DNA of 64,000 bases from Setoptus koraiensis (GCA_048013815.1 CM106586.1:7130001-7194000), one strand, 5' to 3'; positions 1 to 13,068 are shown, counted from the stretch's first letter. The notes: generated by a model from the sequence alone, not told the origin. Made by a program: numbers and translations.

Positions 1-2
1 TC

Positions 3-743
3 TCTAGCTCAATGTCCAATATATTATGTGGTATGAAACTGCATAACTTGTTCTACGAGATACGGCGTCGACTCAAGAAGCATAGAAACTACTTACAGGT
101 AGTTCAATTGATGGAATCAAATTTTTCAATGGCTCAACAAGAAGATTTAAATAACAACAGTGATGATTGTGCAATATGTTGGGATAAAATGGACTCAGCA
201 AGGAAATTACCTTGCGGCCACCTATTCCACAACTCATGCTTGAGGTCATGGTTGGAGCAAGACACTTCATGTCCAACGTGCAGGACTTCACTCAAGAGTT
301 CACCGGATGAACATGATACTGACAATTCCCAAGAAAGTGACGAAGAACCCGGTCTAATACAAAGCGAGCAACCTGGTGGATTACCCACTTTCCAGGGCGC
401 ACCAAATAGGAATCACTTTTTCCACTTCGACAGTTCTCGTTACACCAATCACCCATTCTTGAGCTGGCTGCCCAATATATCTGTTGAGGCTATTTGGAGG
501 CCTACATTGATAGATATGGACACGACTAATCCACAACAAAATCGTGACTTGTTATTACCAGGAGCGTTAGATAGATTATCAAGACAAGTTCATGAATTGT
601 TTCCTGATGTTCCGCTTAGTATCATAACGGAGGATCTGTTAGCCACCAGATCTTTGGAGCTAACAGTTGAGAACATTCTGGAGCGCCGGGCCGAAGGAAG
701 ATTACCACCTAGGCAATCTTCGTCGGATTCCATTTTGATTTAG
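3..743 (+). CDS. AMFR: E3 ubiquitin ligase AMFR/gp78, 3' part (RING-H2 + CUE); 5'-partial
   Basis: Frame is open from the window edge. KKHRNYLQVVQLMESNF...DDCAICWDKMDSARKLPCGHLFHNSCLRSWLEQDTSCPTCR closely matches the gp78 RING-H2 region. HFFHFDSSRY...SWLPNISVE motif present, then a CUE domain (QVHELFPDVPLSIITEDLLATRSLELTVENILE). Confidence 0.9.
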   Translation, partial: SSSMSNILCGMKLHNLFYEIRRRLKKHRNYLQVVQLMESNFSMAQQEDLNNNSDDCAICWDKMDSARKLPCGHLFHNSCLRSWLEQDTSCPTCRTSLKSSPDEHDTDNSQESDEEPGLIQSEQPGGLPTFQGAPNRNHFFHFDSSRYTNHPFLSWLPNISVEAIWRPTLIDMDTTNPQQNRDLLLPGALDRLSRQVHELFPDVPLSIITEDLLATRSLELTVENILERRAEGRLPPRQSSSDSILI

Positions 744-2342
744 TGACTATTTTTAGCCTTGTTAAATGATGCTCTTTGACTGTATAATGTTAGGTCTACC
801 ATCAAAAATCTCATTCACTTGATGGTGGAAATTCTGACAGATCTCTCACTTTCCTCCCACTTTTTTCAAACTTACACACCCGCTTCCGAGACTGTGTTGG
901 AGATTTAAAAATAATAATAAATTGAAAATTAGTGATCAGGGGAGGTAAATCTCTAGCCTAAGCAATCTCTATCATAAAGCCGATTTTTACATGAAAATCG
1001 AACAGGTTTCGACGTTTAGTTTCCTCAATCAGTCGGTAATGTTTCTAATGAAAATACACAGGTTGAAAGAACACACAGTGAGAGTTTCTCACCAGGTCCC
1101 TAAAGAATTCAAAGTATTTCTACTCTTGAGCCATCACCTCTCCGCTGCATGGGTGGTGCGCTGCGCTTGCACCGGCCAACTTATCAAGGCCCTAGCTACA
1201 AAGCTCAAAATACCGTCATATTTTTCCTTCTATTATTCTACCTAATGGTGTAACAAGTTTCTGCTATGAAATTTATTGTGGCTCGTTTCAACAAAAATGG
1301 CATTTTTATTGACAGATTAGTGACAGTTTTACTTGAAAACTTTTCGAATCAGATAGAGCAACCAGACGAACAGTAGTTTACTGATTGCTGTTGATCTTTA
1401 AACAGATCGGTCTACGCTGTCATTCCTTGCATTCAGTAGGAAAACTAATTGATATATGTCAATTTGTTTCTACAAATGATGAACTGGCTACTGCGAGGAA
1501 GTCATTCCGCTGAGCAGTTATGACACTCTGCTAGGGTGTCATCGCCTATTCTGATCCTACTCCTCTTCAGAGGCCTCCACTGGGCCTATACACATCATCA
1601 TTAGGGCTAACCGAATTTTGTAATTACCGCTCTGTTAATAGTGAAGCGATTCACCTGGTTTTCGCACAGTCTACATTTCTGCCTACTTGGAGTTTTATAG
1701 GGCGATTATTTTGCCGAATTATCGTGTTTTGAGGTTTCACCGAAAAAAAATGGCAAGTGTCTAGCTTTGACTGCATTACTTCTGCGAACCCAGCGCCCCT
1801 GGCATCTTAATTCGATAGAAATTTTGCGAAAAAAACCGCCGATTTGGATAGGCCTAATTAAGCTGGTCCACTCTGTTGCCAGTCTTGATGTGCGTTCAAA
1901 AGCGACAGATACATGTGCGACTAAAAGAAATTCTCACTGAAGGCGGCCAAGTCGATCCAAAAGGACACTTGAGGCCCAAGAATAGAGCGCTATCAAGGAA
2001 CGAAAAAGAAGAAAATTTAACCTCTTGCCTACTCTGACAAGCCTTGTGAGCCACATTTCAGGGCGTGATTTCGTTTATTCTGCTAAATAACACTGCTCAA
2101 GTAGAAAATGAATATAAAAAATTAGATGTACGACTAGTACTCGAGTAGACTTTTGGCAATCTTGTGTGTATGTTTTGCGTCAACAAAATTGAGTGTAGAA
2201 AATTAACAACAATCGATATGTTTGTGATTTTTGCATTTGTCATGGATATGAAAGCCCGTATGGGTTGTGATAATGCGCCACTAAGAGGAGGCCCCGACTA
2301 GAGATTGAAGATCGGGTGGAGTGCGATCTAACGATCAACAAG

Positions 2343-5300
2343 TTATGAATGATCGAAATTTCTAATATACTCGAGGGCTGTTTGATAGCAAAACTGGTAT
2401 TGATCCTCAGTCTGTACCATGCCTGGCCTTTGAGTCCTCAAGGTCCTGACTGTTTCAAAGAGATCTAGAACATGCTCATTATTTAGCCTCTCGAGCATGA
2501 TGCTCAATGCTATAAATGCGCCAGTCCTAATAATTGATAAGAAAAGATGTCAGTTAATAATAACATAGCACATAAAGAGTAGAGTATAAACATAGATTTC
2601 ACTTGATCTCACTCACCTGCCCACTCCTGCGCTGCAATGAACTGTTATTGGACCTTCTAATCCGAATTTTCCTTTTGCAGTGTGAACATCCGAGATCAGT
2701 TTTATGAATGACTCTCCGGATTTCGGAACACCCTGAAGAAATAAAAATGATCAAAAAGACAAACGTTTAGTACAAATGAGACAAAACATCCAATATCATT
2801 CTGAAACAATAAATACACTGTACTTACTTGCTCCGGCCAATCCAACAAATGGAACTGTCTTATTATCCTAGGATGATAGCTATGATTGCGGCGATCAGTT
2901 ACAGTGAATTCTCTTAGAATATAATGCGGACTTGTCTCGTCATACTGACGGTTTAGGCTGATACAATAGGGGCCGTATTCACCAGATCTTTCTGCTGGCC
3001 AATACTGGGTACATTTTTCTCTACCCATTTCTTTCAATTTAGTGAGCATCACTATAATACTCGAGTTGTGTTCAACCAACATGCGCCAAAAATCTTCAAC
3101 TGTCTCAGGCAACGGACTCTGAGTTGCAATATAAGCGTTTCTTTGACGATATCCGTCTATAAAACTTGCATTTATGTAGTCCGAGCCTTCTCGACAACCT
3201 GTTGGTTCCAGACAGACACGGCTACTTTCGTAAGGCAATATGTTCATCAGTCTATTTTTATGCTTGTTAACAGGCAGATTGGCACTGATAAACTTCTGAG
3301 GACCGTTTCTGATCGATGCGAGGCGCTTGAACTCAACCTCGAGAGCAGTTGCAGCTTCACCAGGCACAGGTTGCATGAGATGCTGCAGATGGTCGTAAAG
3401 CCTTGCCTCAGGGACCTCAGTATTAGCCGCCAGAACAGCCTCCAACACGGCGTCATGTATAAACATGTATTGATCTTCTGTTTGAACTATGTAGTTCCTC
3501 TGAGCTCTCAAGCAAGTTACGTGACCATAAATGTCGATTGAGTTTTCATATTTGATACGCTCAATCATAGAATCAATAACTATATAGCAACCTGTTCTTC
3601 CAACACCAGCGGAGCATAAGACAATTAGTGGGCCTGCATTTGGTGGATTAGATATCTTAATCCTTCTGAGGAACATGAGGAAAGGTGTTGGATGGTCTGG
3701 AACGCCGTGATCTGGCCAAGCTGTATACTGGAATTGCTTCACCTCTCTGATTTCATTTGATTGTACGTGCTGAATTTTGAAAGTTCTTATACTGTAATAT
3801 GCCAATTCTTCGACCATGGAAACAGAGATAGTTATACCATGGTGGATTTCAGGTTCGCGGGTGGGCCAATATTGTACGCATTTAACTCTTCCGCGCTCTT
3901 CCAGCTGTGTCATCATGACTATAGTCCTCGATTTCTGCTCCCACACCATTCTCCAAAAGTCTCCAACCGTGTTCGGTAGTGGACCTTGAGTAGCAATGTA
4001 GGCGTCAGGCTTACGATAACCATCACAGAAGTTTGCATTGATGTAATCTGAACCTACAATATTGTCGATTGGTCGAAGCACTACCCTAGAATGGTCATAA
4101 GCCACAACATTTCCATATCTGTTCTTCGGCCGGTTGACATCAAGATTAGAATTTTCCCAGGTAAACTGTTGTCCGGGCTCGATTGATTCGTATTCCTGTT
4201 TCAGAGCATCATTAATTTTAAGTTCCTCTATGTGATTAACAAGCTCGCTCACTAAAACTGGTGGATGACTGACCATACCGGGAGATTGGTAGTTCATGCG
4301 TCGCAGCTCGACTGGATCGTTAGGTTGAATAGCGTATGAACTGCGATCGATGTGCATATCTGGCAATAACTTCATTGTTGTTTCATTGTAAACATGATTT
4401 GATTTGATTACCTGTTGCTTGCGTTTTAGTATTGACAATAAAACGAATATTAATAGTATCAATATCGCAATAACTACAATAGTCAAGAATATAACACCTG
4501 TTTTGCCTGAATTTTCATCAGAAGGTAGAACGTTGACAGTACTACTAGGCAGAGTCGGCATCAGGGGTTCTGACCAGGGACTAGAAGTGTAAAGAGAGTT
4601 GGTGGGTTCGTCAACTATGGCCTGAACGAAAACACGATAGCTTTGATCCGGCTGCAGAGGCTTGTTAGTAAAGTTGTCATAGGTTTCTCCATCCCCTAGC
4701 AAGAATTCCTTTCTCATCTTAAGCCTACTAATTTTTGCAGCGACATAAACACCTTGAGGCAAATTCCCAATAGATATGGCATCGGGGTCAGGAACAGGAA
4801 ATTCTATAGGCATATCGCTGGCGACAACAAAGACATAATAGAAGTTTATCGGGCCATATTCCTCGCTTGCTAGTGGCAGGGTGCAAGATTTAGGAGAGCT
4901 GCCTATTGAGGATCGACATTCAGGTTTAACTAATGGCTTAGGTGCTGCCATTAAAGTGGTAACGTAAAATTGCGATGGCGGTCGGAATGATTCGTTGGGG
5001 GGAATAGCTGTAATATTGAAGTGATATTTCGTGAACGGCATCAAATCTAGGAAAGTATAATCGTTGGTTGTTCTATCTAAAACAATGACTTGTTTAGGTA
5101 TGTTTAGGGTCTGAAGATTTCCTTCACTATCATGGAACTGTTTAAAGGCATCATAGCTGATATTATATCTAATGGGAATAAGCTTCATTGGAGGTTTCCA
5201 GACGAGAGACGCGGTATGTGTAGTCTTGCGATTGACCCTTAAGTCCATGGGTACATCTGTGGGCTGGGTAGTTGTAGAAACGATTTCCGATAATTTTCCA

Positions 5301-8300
5301 AATCCGACCGAATCGATCGCACAAACTTTGAAGTTATACATTGTATTATCTTGTAAACTATCAATTATGGCTGAGCTTGTAACTGTTATATTTTTTGTTG
5401 ACCACCTTTCTAAGTCATCAGTGGGGTTCTTGGTATAATATATTCTATAACCAACAATTCCATTAAAGTAAGCCATCTCATCCCACCAAATCATTATCGA
5501 ACGAAAGGTGTCTGCAGCCGCTCTTACATTGTTTGGTGCTGGAGGTAAATCACGAGGCGTCAGGAATGATTTTATTTCACTAAACGGACCGTAACCTACC
5601 CTTGTTCTCGCCCTCACTTTGAAACTGTAATCTGTGTTTTCATTGAGAAAGCTAACAACCAATTTATTGTCTGGAGTCTCAACTTCTTTATCGGCAGGCA
5701 TTCCAGATTTTCCAAACAAGACTTGATAGTAAGTTATATTACCATTCCTTTTGTCTTCCGGAGGTTGAGACCAGGAAAGCGTTACATCGTTTGGACTTAT
5801 CAATCTATGAGTGAGATCTGAAGGTCCTGCAGTAGGCACACCTTCGGGGACGTCAACAAATACTTGAGCCTCTTGACCGTAACCTTTCAGATTGCGGGCG
5901 ACCAATCGAAAGTCATAAACCGCACCTTTCTGTAGATCTTGGATTAGTTTGGAGGACTCTGTTGGATCTATCTGAAGTTCTTTGTGGTGCGAACTGTCTT
6001 TGCGTGAGTATCTGAGACGATATTCAGTTAACTGTCCAAAACTGTTGTTGGGTCTGGACCATGATATCTCGACTGCATCATCTTTGATAATTCTGAAGGA
6101 GATTTCCGGCTTATTCGGTACTCCACCGCGAGTCGTGATCGCTTTCGCCAAACTGAAAACTCCTGGACCCTTACGCGTCACCGCTGCCACTTGAATGGAA
6201 TATTCTGTAGCTGGTTGAAGATCATCAAGTACGAAAGATCTGGCACCGGAATCAATAACATCCCGAAAGATCGGAGATCCGAGAGGACTTTTATCTCTAT
6301 TATTGAGCTCTTGGATAGAAATTTTATAGCCTCTGATGAGATCTTTATTTTCCTTCTCTTGCGGTCCATCCCATTCAACGGTCAGCGAGTTTTCGCTGGA
6401 ACTTGAGGTGATCCTCACGTTGTTTGGCGCCTTCGGAGCTGTGTAGAAATGAACGCAAGAATGTTTGGGATAAGAGGAGTTTTTGTTATTGTATACATAT
6501 ATGTATTCATATGATAAGGAAAAATTATAGACACGAAAATAATACATACTAAACTCTTCTAATGTCTTGGTTAAAATAGGCTCTGATAATCTACCATCAC
6601 CAAAATTGGTGATTGCTAGTATTCTAATTCTATAGGGAGTAGATGCGGTCAAATCGCTTATAGTGTAGAAGTTATCATTTGAAGCTAACTCAATTTCTTG
6701 AGGTCTGATTCCCTCATCGACTTTATCGTTACTCTCTGACAGCTTAATTTTATACCCTGTAATGGACAAGTTTTTTATGTCAGAAATGGGTGCTGTCCAG
6801 TCTAACCTTAGGCTATCAATGAATGGGGTCGCACGAACATTATTGGGAGGAGGTGAAACTAAAAACAAAGGTAATGGACATAGTTGGCGTAAAACAAATA
6901 ATTGAATGTTAATAGACAAACTAAAACAAACAACCGAATCCAACAAGAAAGGAAACTAAATAAGCATACTCACCATATTTTTCTGTGCGAACATTAATAG
7001 GTACACTAGCAGAACCCTCGCCTCTACGCGATTTTCCTGATAGCCAAATCTTGTAGACAGTATCGGGCGATAAATTGGATATGGTATAGCTCTCCAAATC
7101 TGGTACACTCCTTTGAGATACTTGTTGTGTGAAGGTATCATTCCAGAATATTTCATAACCAGATAACGTCTCAGTGAGATCGGCGGGTTTCGACCAACCT
7201 ATTTGTATACTTGTTGGGGTTTTCGATATCTCATGGACATCGGTTGGCATACTGGGAACACCCAGTTGTGTCTTAAACGTTATCTGGGGTGACAGAGGTC
7301 CTCCACCTCTAATAGTCCTAGTTTGTATCTGGACAGTATATTCAGTGTCCGGCGTGAGATCGTTTAGGGTGGTGAGCTGACCGTTATCTACAGGTTGGGA
7401 AGACCAGAATGTGATTGGCTTGTTAGGAGTGCTTGTGTAATAGACTGTATAGCCATTAACGGAATCAGAGCCTAACTCTGGAGGATCCCAGCTCAGATAT
7501 ACAGAGTTATAGCTGGAAGGCTTGGCCCTGAGATTTCTAGCAGCTACTGTATTCACACTCTGTCCCTGGTCCATCGTAGTTACAGAGCTAGACTGACTTG
7601 GAGTACCCCTGCCAACAGAGTTTGAGGCGACAACATCGAATTCGTACTCTGTCGATGGCAATAAATCAGTGATGGAATAATAGTTAGTTGTTATTCCAGT
7701 GATTTCTTTGTATTCCTTAGAATCGATATTCTTTTGTCTGTAGCGTATCATGAAACTGAGACCTGCTTCAGTTGACTGAGGATACAACCATGTCAACCTA
7801 ATGGAGTTATGTGTAATATCACTAATATGAACATCTTTGGGTTCTGGAGGGAGCGTTTTGACAACTACTGAGGTGTGGGTTTTGTTCTCGCCCGATTTTG
7901 ACTTGGCAACACAAGTGTAATTGGCCGTTTCGAGGTCATCGTGTTGTATAATGAGTGTCTTCGTGCCTATAGTGGGAATTGAGCTGGAGCCCAGCTCACG
8001 ACCGTTCTTTTCCCACGTCATAGCTGGCATGGGTGATCCATTAGCGACACATGGTAGCTCAAGAGAGCTTGTTGGTCCTGCAATCACTTCGTATACAGGT
8101 TGCGGAATTCTGGTGAAGAACGGTGAAACAGTTCTAACTTTAACATGCACAGTGGTAATGTTAGAGACAGCGGCACCAACGGAATTGTAAGCCATACACT
8201 CGTAGACACCCTTGTCGTTGTCAGTGGCATTTGTTATTTTTAAATAGGCAGTACCATTGTAGAATGAGGTCTCTAGATTGAGTTTGTCTAAAATTTCTAT

Positions 8301-8855
8301 TGGCAATGAGTTTTTTATCCAAGTAATTTCTGGCTCGGGTGTACCTTCTACTTTGCACATGAGTGTGGCCATTCGTTCCATTTCAACAGTGACAGATTCG
8401 GGGCTTTGTGCAACAATAATGGGAAATCCAGGCCTCTCCTCTGCGATAACTTTAACATCTGCGGCCGCTTTAACCGGATCGCCATGACTGTTTTCGGCAA
8501 GACACTCATAGGTGCCCTCGTCGCGATCACGTCTAACCGGCTCAAGCCTGAGTACGATGCTGTTTTCATATTTAACCGTGGCTATTCTCTTCTTATTTAG
8601 GGGTTTGCCGTCTTTGAGCCAAGTGACACTTGGCTTGGGGTCTCCATCGGCGCTGCACCAGAGGCTGGCCACCCTTTTCTCGATGACAATTTGATTCTTT
8701 GGTGCTATGAGTATGCTTGCCGGCTTATTTTCGGCTAGTGTTACGTGAGTGAGACATCCTAAAACAAGGAGAAGGGTTAAACAAATGAGGTTTTCAGTAT
8801 TCAACAACAGTGTATGACGAATGATATTCCTAAACATGGCATGTGAGTGTATCAA
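2343..8855 (-). CDS. Lar: LAR-family receptor protein tyrosine phosphatase (3 Ig, 9 FN3, TM, PTP D1+D2), ~2033 aa
   Basis: Exons assembled from GT-AG sites: 8855-6974, 6858-6550, 6438-2828, 2732-2617, 2526-2343 (6102 nt, in frame). Signal peptide, three Ig domains, nine FN3 repeats, TM ([24 protein letters not shown]). D1 has [19 protein letters not shown] and QTEDQY. D2 has [19 protein letters not shown] and [12 protein letters not shown], ending YIRNFDHS*. Confidence 0.95.
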
Positions 8856-9174
8856 TATAAATTTGTCTTGCTTTTCTAATGGTTTTAGTGAAATGACGAT
8901 AGAATTTTGCCTCTATTCGATTTGTTGTTGTGCTGTGTGCGCTTGCAATTTCTCATATAAATGCATGTATACAAATGCGTGTGTTTATGCAAATGACGCC
9001 GATGGTCGAGCTAGCCAATCATTGTGGAGTGAGGGATAAAATAATTCTAATTCATTGACAATGTTGATATTTGAGGATATAAATGCAACATTTTGCTAAT
9101 ACTATGGACAGATGTCAAGTTAATAATTGTAATTGTGGATAAACGCAACGCAAATGGAAATAGGAGAACAATAA

Positions 9175-9206
<32 letters not shown>

Positions 9207-9883
9207 CAAAATATTGAGCATAGAGGGAGTGTGTGGCTATGATCGTGAACGATGATGATCGCTGTACTGCTGTATGCACTGTGTATAACAGTGTGTGCGT
9301 GTGTGTGTGCAGAAACGAACCAATAATAATCTGCTTTCACTGGTGCGCCGCAGTCGTCCATTTGCTCCAATTGGTTCGCTCCATCGCTTTTGTACTCTAT
9401 TAAAGGGTGTTTCAATCAAAGCGCAAATCTAGAAAACACACTGTGCTGCTCGCTCGCACATATTCTTTCCGAAATGGTGATCAAATGAAATTCAGCACAA
9501 CAAATCAGATAGACTGTGTTGGGGTCAAGAGAAGTCCCATTTGCTTGGCACAATTATTAATTTCGCGCTGCACATATTCTCTCTCTGCACGCTGTAACTT
9601 CCAGAGTGCATCGACAAATATCGAAAAATGAAGCACTGTGGAAGGCAGCCGTAGCCTTGACAGTACTCCATCACCTCTTTGATTGAAACACACACACACA
9701 CAACCTATGGCACAGGGAGCGAACCTATAGAGCTCCATCACAACGAACGAACGAACGAACGCACAGCGCCGCTGTATACAGCCAATTGTGCACCATCACA
9801 ACCAGCGCACACACACTTACACAGGACACAGTGGACGAGTCACTACAATAACAAATGATACTAATGATAAACAGTCCGGCCGT

Positions 9884-9926
9884 CCTCCAGCCCCCCCCCT
9901 CCCTCCCCCCGCGGCCGCCGCCGCCG
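9884..9926 (-). other. G-rich tract upstream of Lar (possible G-quadruplex)
   Basis: + strand C9-T-C3-T-C6 followed by (GCC)n, so G-tracts lie on the Lar sense strand ~1 kb upstream of the ATG. Confidence 0.3.
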
Positions 9927-11550
9927 CTTTATACATTCGATCTTGCCCTGGCTACGATTTGTGTCTCTCGACTGTAACAGTAAACGAACTGTGTGCGTGT
10001 GTGTCGGTGAGCAGTTTACAGTCTGCAGCTTGTGCTCGTTAACAGCGGTGGTGGCGGCGGCGGCAGCAGTTGGTGGTGGCAATAATGCTGGTAGTTGTGT
10101 GTACAGCACACACTCCTAAACACACGTTCGGCATGACTCATCAGTGTGCCTCTACGGCCGTAGTATTGATATCTCGCTCACTCAAAGCCGCATCTGTGCC
10201 AAAGTGAGTGCAACACTCTGGTCGCCCACTACAGGCCACAGCCAAAGAGTGCATTAATGCTATTTCTCTACACACCACGGCGCGCCATTCTAAACTTTTA
10301 ACAGCAGACCACTGGACAACAGCAGTTAAGCAGTTGTGTTTCAATTGACCTAGCAACAACAACAACAACAACAACATTGTCAGTTTAGTTGGACGGCATG
10401 ATAACGACCGCCAACTGATGCCACGAACAATGTCTCTCAAACTCAATACTACAACAATGTCAATTATCATATATCACACACCGACTAGCGTATGTCACAG
10501 TTATCTAAATGAAGCTCGCCCATAATTTAATGATAAATCGTTTGTGTGCAGAGAGCCCAAATCGTGTCTTGAATCTTATCTCACTAGATCACTCTAGAAA
10601 GTAGTTACAAATTTGTTGATTGACAACACCATATCGACACTCAACAGCAATCCCAATTGGCTGTCGGCCAAGCTACCTTGCGTTGCAACTCAGTTTCAAC
10701 TTTCTCGCCTACAGAGAGGGAACGAGAGAGAGAGAGAGTCTATGTTGGTATACTATACATAATATGTATATTGTGTAAGTGTGTCAAGTGGGCTAATGAC
10801 CGGATGGCTTAATTGCAAAGTTGACGCTGACGAGCGGGCCCGTTTGTTTGAGCGATCAAACGAGAATCAATTATTCATCGAGAGCAGTTCAACTTGATTA
10901 GTAAACAATACACATTTGGCGCTTGTCACTTACTCGATCCACTTGTTTATGTAAACGAACCTGGCTTGCCCGGTCTCGTCGACTAGATGACTGGCGACAT
11001 TGCTCATGTTGGTCACGTTCTCGCGATTGTTGCGAATCATCAATGATTATAAGGGACAGCGCAATCTTGTTACACGAGAGCTCACACTTCTCGAGTTGGC
11101 CGGCTTAGCTAGAATCTCATGCCATTGTTTCATGACAAAATCAAACACTTATGCTGCCCGCTGGCTGGCCATAGATCGCATGCAGAGTGGCCGTCACTGA
11201 CTTTATAACTATGTTACTGGAAAGTATAAATATAAATACCTTAAACATGAGTTCTACTGGCAGGCAAACTATAGTTGCTTCATTATGCACGCTCTTGTAA
11301 CTACTTTCAGTCAATGGCACCTAAAAATAGATACAGGCCTCATATGATGCACCAAGGCGAGTTATGTCGTCTACCATTGTTTCAATTTAGGAATATATGA
11401 GTATCTGAATTTCTATAGTTCTGAATATAACAATCCAGATCAAAAATATGCGTTGGATTTCATTTTGGGCTCAGCACTTCTAGTTGGGTTGTCTTTCTTC
11501 AAGTAGGTTTTTTTAAACAAAAAAAAAGAGTGCAAGAGTTAAACAGCAAA

Positions 11551-13068
11551 ATGGCTCCTTTGATCAGATGCCAGCAAGGTATCTTGATAGCGACAATTCT
11601 TATGTTTCTAATACTACTAGAATGTACGTCAGCCCTCAAATTATGTAAGACAGATTGTAAAGAAGAATTAACTGTGATAGACGGCTTGCTGGACAAATTG
11701 AATAGTGTAGAAGATTGCAATCTACCGTTATACGAAGAGGTACAGATTGCATATCTATCATATCAGGCTATTGTTGGCTCCCATCCTGATGATTATGAAT
11801 CCAGGTTAAGCGAAGATCAAAAGTTATTATCCAATACTGTATTCGATCAATGGTCCTCGTTCTATGCTCACATGAGCCCATCAAAGGGCGTAGTAATAAA
11901 GTCCGCATCCATTGGTGCCCTAATATGCAAGATCAGGGATTACCAAGAAGGCAAATTTGGTCTTGGCAACTCCATTTGTGCTAACCAGGGTGTCAGGCAA
12001 GTTTCAAAGAAAAACAAAAATAAAAATGAATACGAGAAGAATGCGATCGTCAGGTATCTGAAAAGTTTAGAAGGTGAAGAATCTGACGATGCGTATCCAG
12101 AGGCCAAGTATCCGTATCTAGACAAGGCTGCCGGAGAAGCTTGCTATTACGGTCAGTACGATCCGCTAATCAATTCGGCTAGTATCCCCGCTAATTCCAA
12201 CATGATGAATAGAATTAAAGAACTGCGACAAGGAATGGCGGCAGTTGATGATAAACAACAGATTCCGACTCATGACAACCAGAGAAAGAATCGTTACATC
12301 AAACCGTCGGTGAAAGGCGACTCTGGCCAATTCGACATGCAATTTGTGGATATGGACGTGCCACCTCGGGAGACATTCAGCGAAAAGACGAGAGAAAAAT
12401 CGCCTATTTTAGAAAGCTCTTCGCAGATTTCGGATAAGCATAGTTCATCTGGTCAAGTTAGTGATGCTAAACAAGAAGAGAATTCAGGGTCTTCAAGCCC
12501 AGAAGACGATGAAACAGACGAGTCGCCGGATGGAATTATAACTGGTAGCGAAGTAGTAGGCCGACTTGATCGAAAACTCAAAGAGATCCAGCGATTAGTC
12601 CATGAAGTAGAAGCGGAGAATGAAAGTGAGTATCTCGACGATAATTCGCTGGAATCCGTGCAAGATATTGAAACGAAGAACGAGGTGCGTCAAGCGAATC
12701 AACCAGACAAGAGCACAGACAAGTCGCAACAAACACCTAGCGACACAGTATCATCAACTGACGATGCCAATTCGAAATCAGAACCAGGTGCTCGATTCAA
12801 GAAGAGGCCGCCGCTTCATATACCAGGAGAACCCACTCTGGATAAAGATGGCAAAGAAGTTCGTCGACTTCGATCGTTCTTCGGTATGGCTAAATCAGAT
12901 TTGCCAATTGTAGAGGATTCTTACGCCAAGAAGCGAGTATCGCATCTGGCACTCGATCTGAATCCTCCGAATTTAGTTCAAGATAGAAAAACTAAGAAAA
13001 AATCTCTTCTTCACAGTCTTCTTAGATCGAAGCAACGTGATCTAAAAAAATACTTGATAGAAAGCTAA
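11551..13068 (+). CDS. Uncharacterised secreted protein, 505 aa, single exon
   Basis: First ATG at 11551 (ORF track starts at an upstream GTG). Hydrophobic signal ILIATILMFLILLECTSA, Cys-containing N-terminal region, then acidic/Ser-rich and basic C-terminal regions. No family recognised. Confidence 0.75.
   Translation: MAPLIRCQQGILIATILMFLILLECTSALKLCKTDCKEELTVIDGLLDKLNSVEDCNLPLYEEVQIAYLSYQAIVGSHPDDYESRLSEDQKLLSNTVFDQWSSFYAHMSPSKGVVIKSASIGALICKIRDYQEGKFGLGNSICANQGVRQVSKKNKNKNEYEKNAIVRYLKSLEGEESDDAYPEAKYPYLDKAAGEACYYGQYDPLINSASIPANSNMMNRIKELRQGMAAVDDKQQIPTHDNQRKNRYIKPSVKGDSGQFDMQFVDMDVPPRETFSEKTREKSPILESSSQISDKHSSSGQVSDAKQEENSGSSSPEDDETDESPDGIITGSEVVGRLDRKLKEIQRLVHEVEAENESEYLDDNSLESVQDIETKNEVRQANQPDKSTDKSQQTPSDTVSSTDDANSKSEPGARFKKRPPLHIPGEPTLDKDGKEVRRLRSFFGMAKSDLPIVEDSYAKKRVSHLALDLNPPNLVQDRKTKKKSLLHSLLRSKQRDLKKYLIES

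Noticed and set aside
2695-2710. Apparent frameshift or premature stop in Lar D2 (ORF track ends at 2702)
   Set aside because: The ORF reads through a 95-nt intron (2827-2733). The spliced frame [17 protein letters not shown]... is intact.
3068-8694. Multiple + strand ORFs antisense to Lar (and similar ones antisense to other long CDSs)
   Set aside because: Shadow ORFs arising from codon structure of the real gene.
11321-11330. Perfect MEF2 consensus CTAAAAATAG
   Set aside because: A single occurrence in AT-rich DNA, ~8 kb from mir-133 with other genes in between; cannot be assigned a target.
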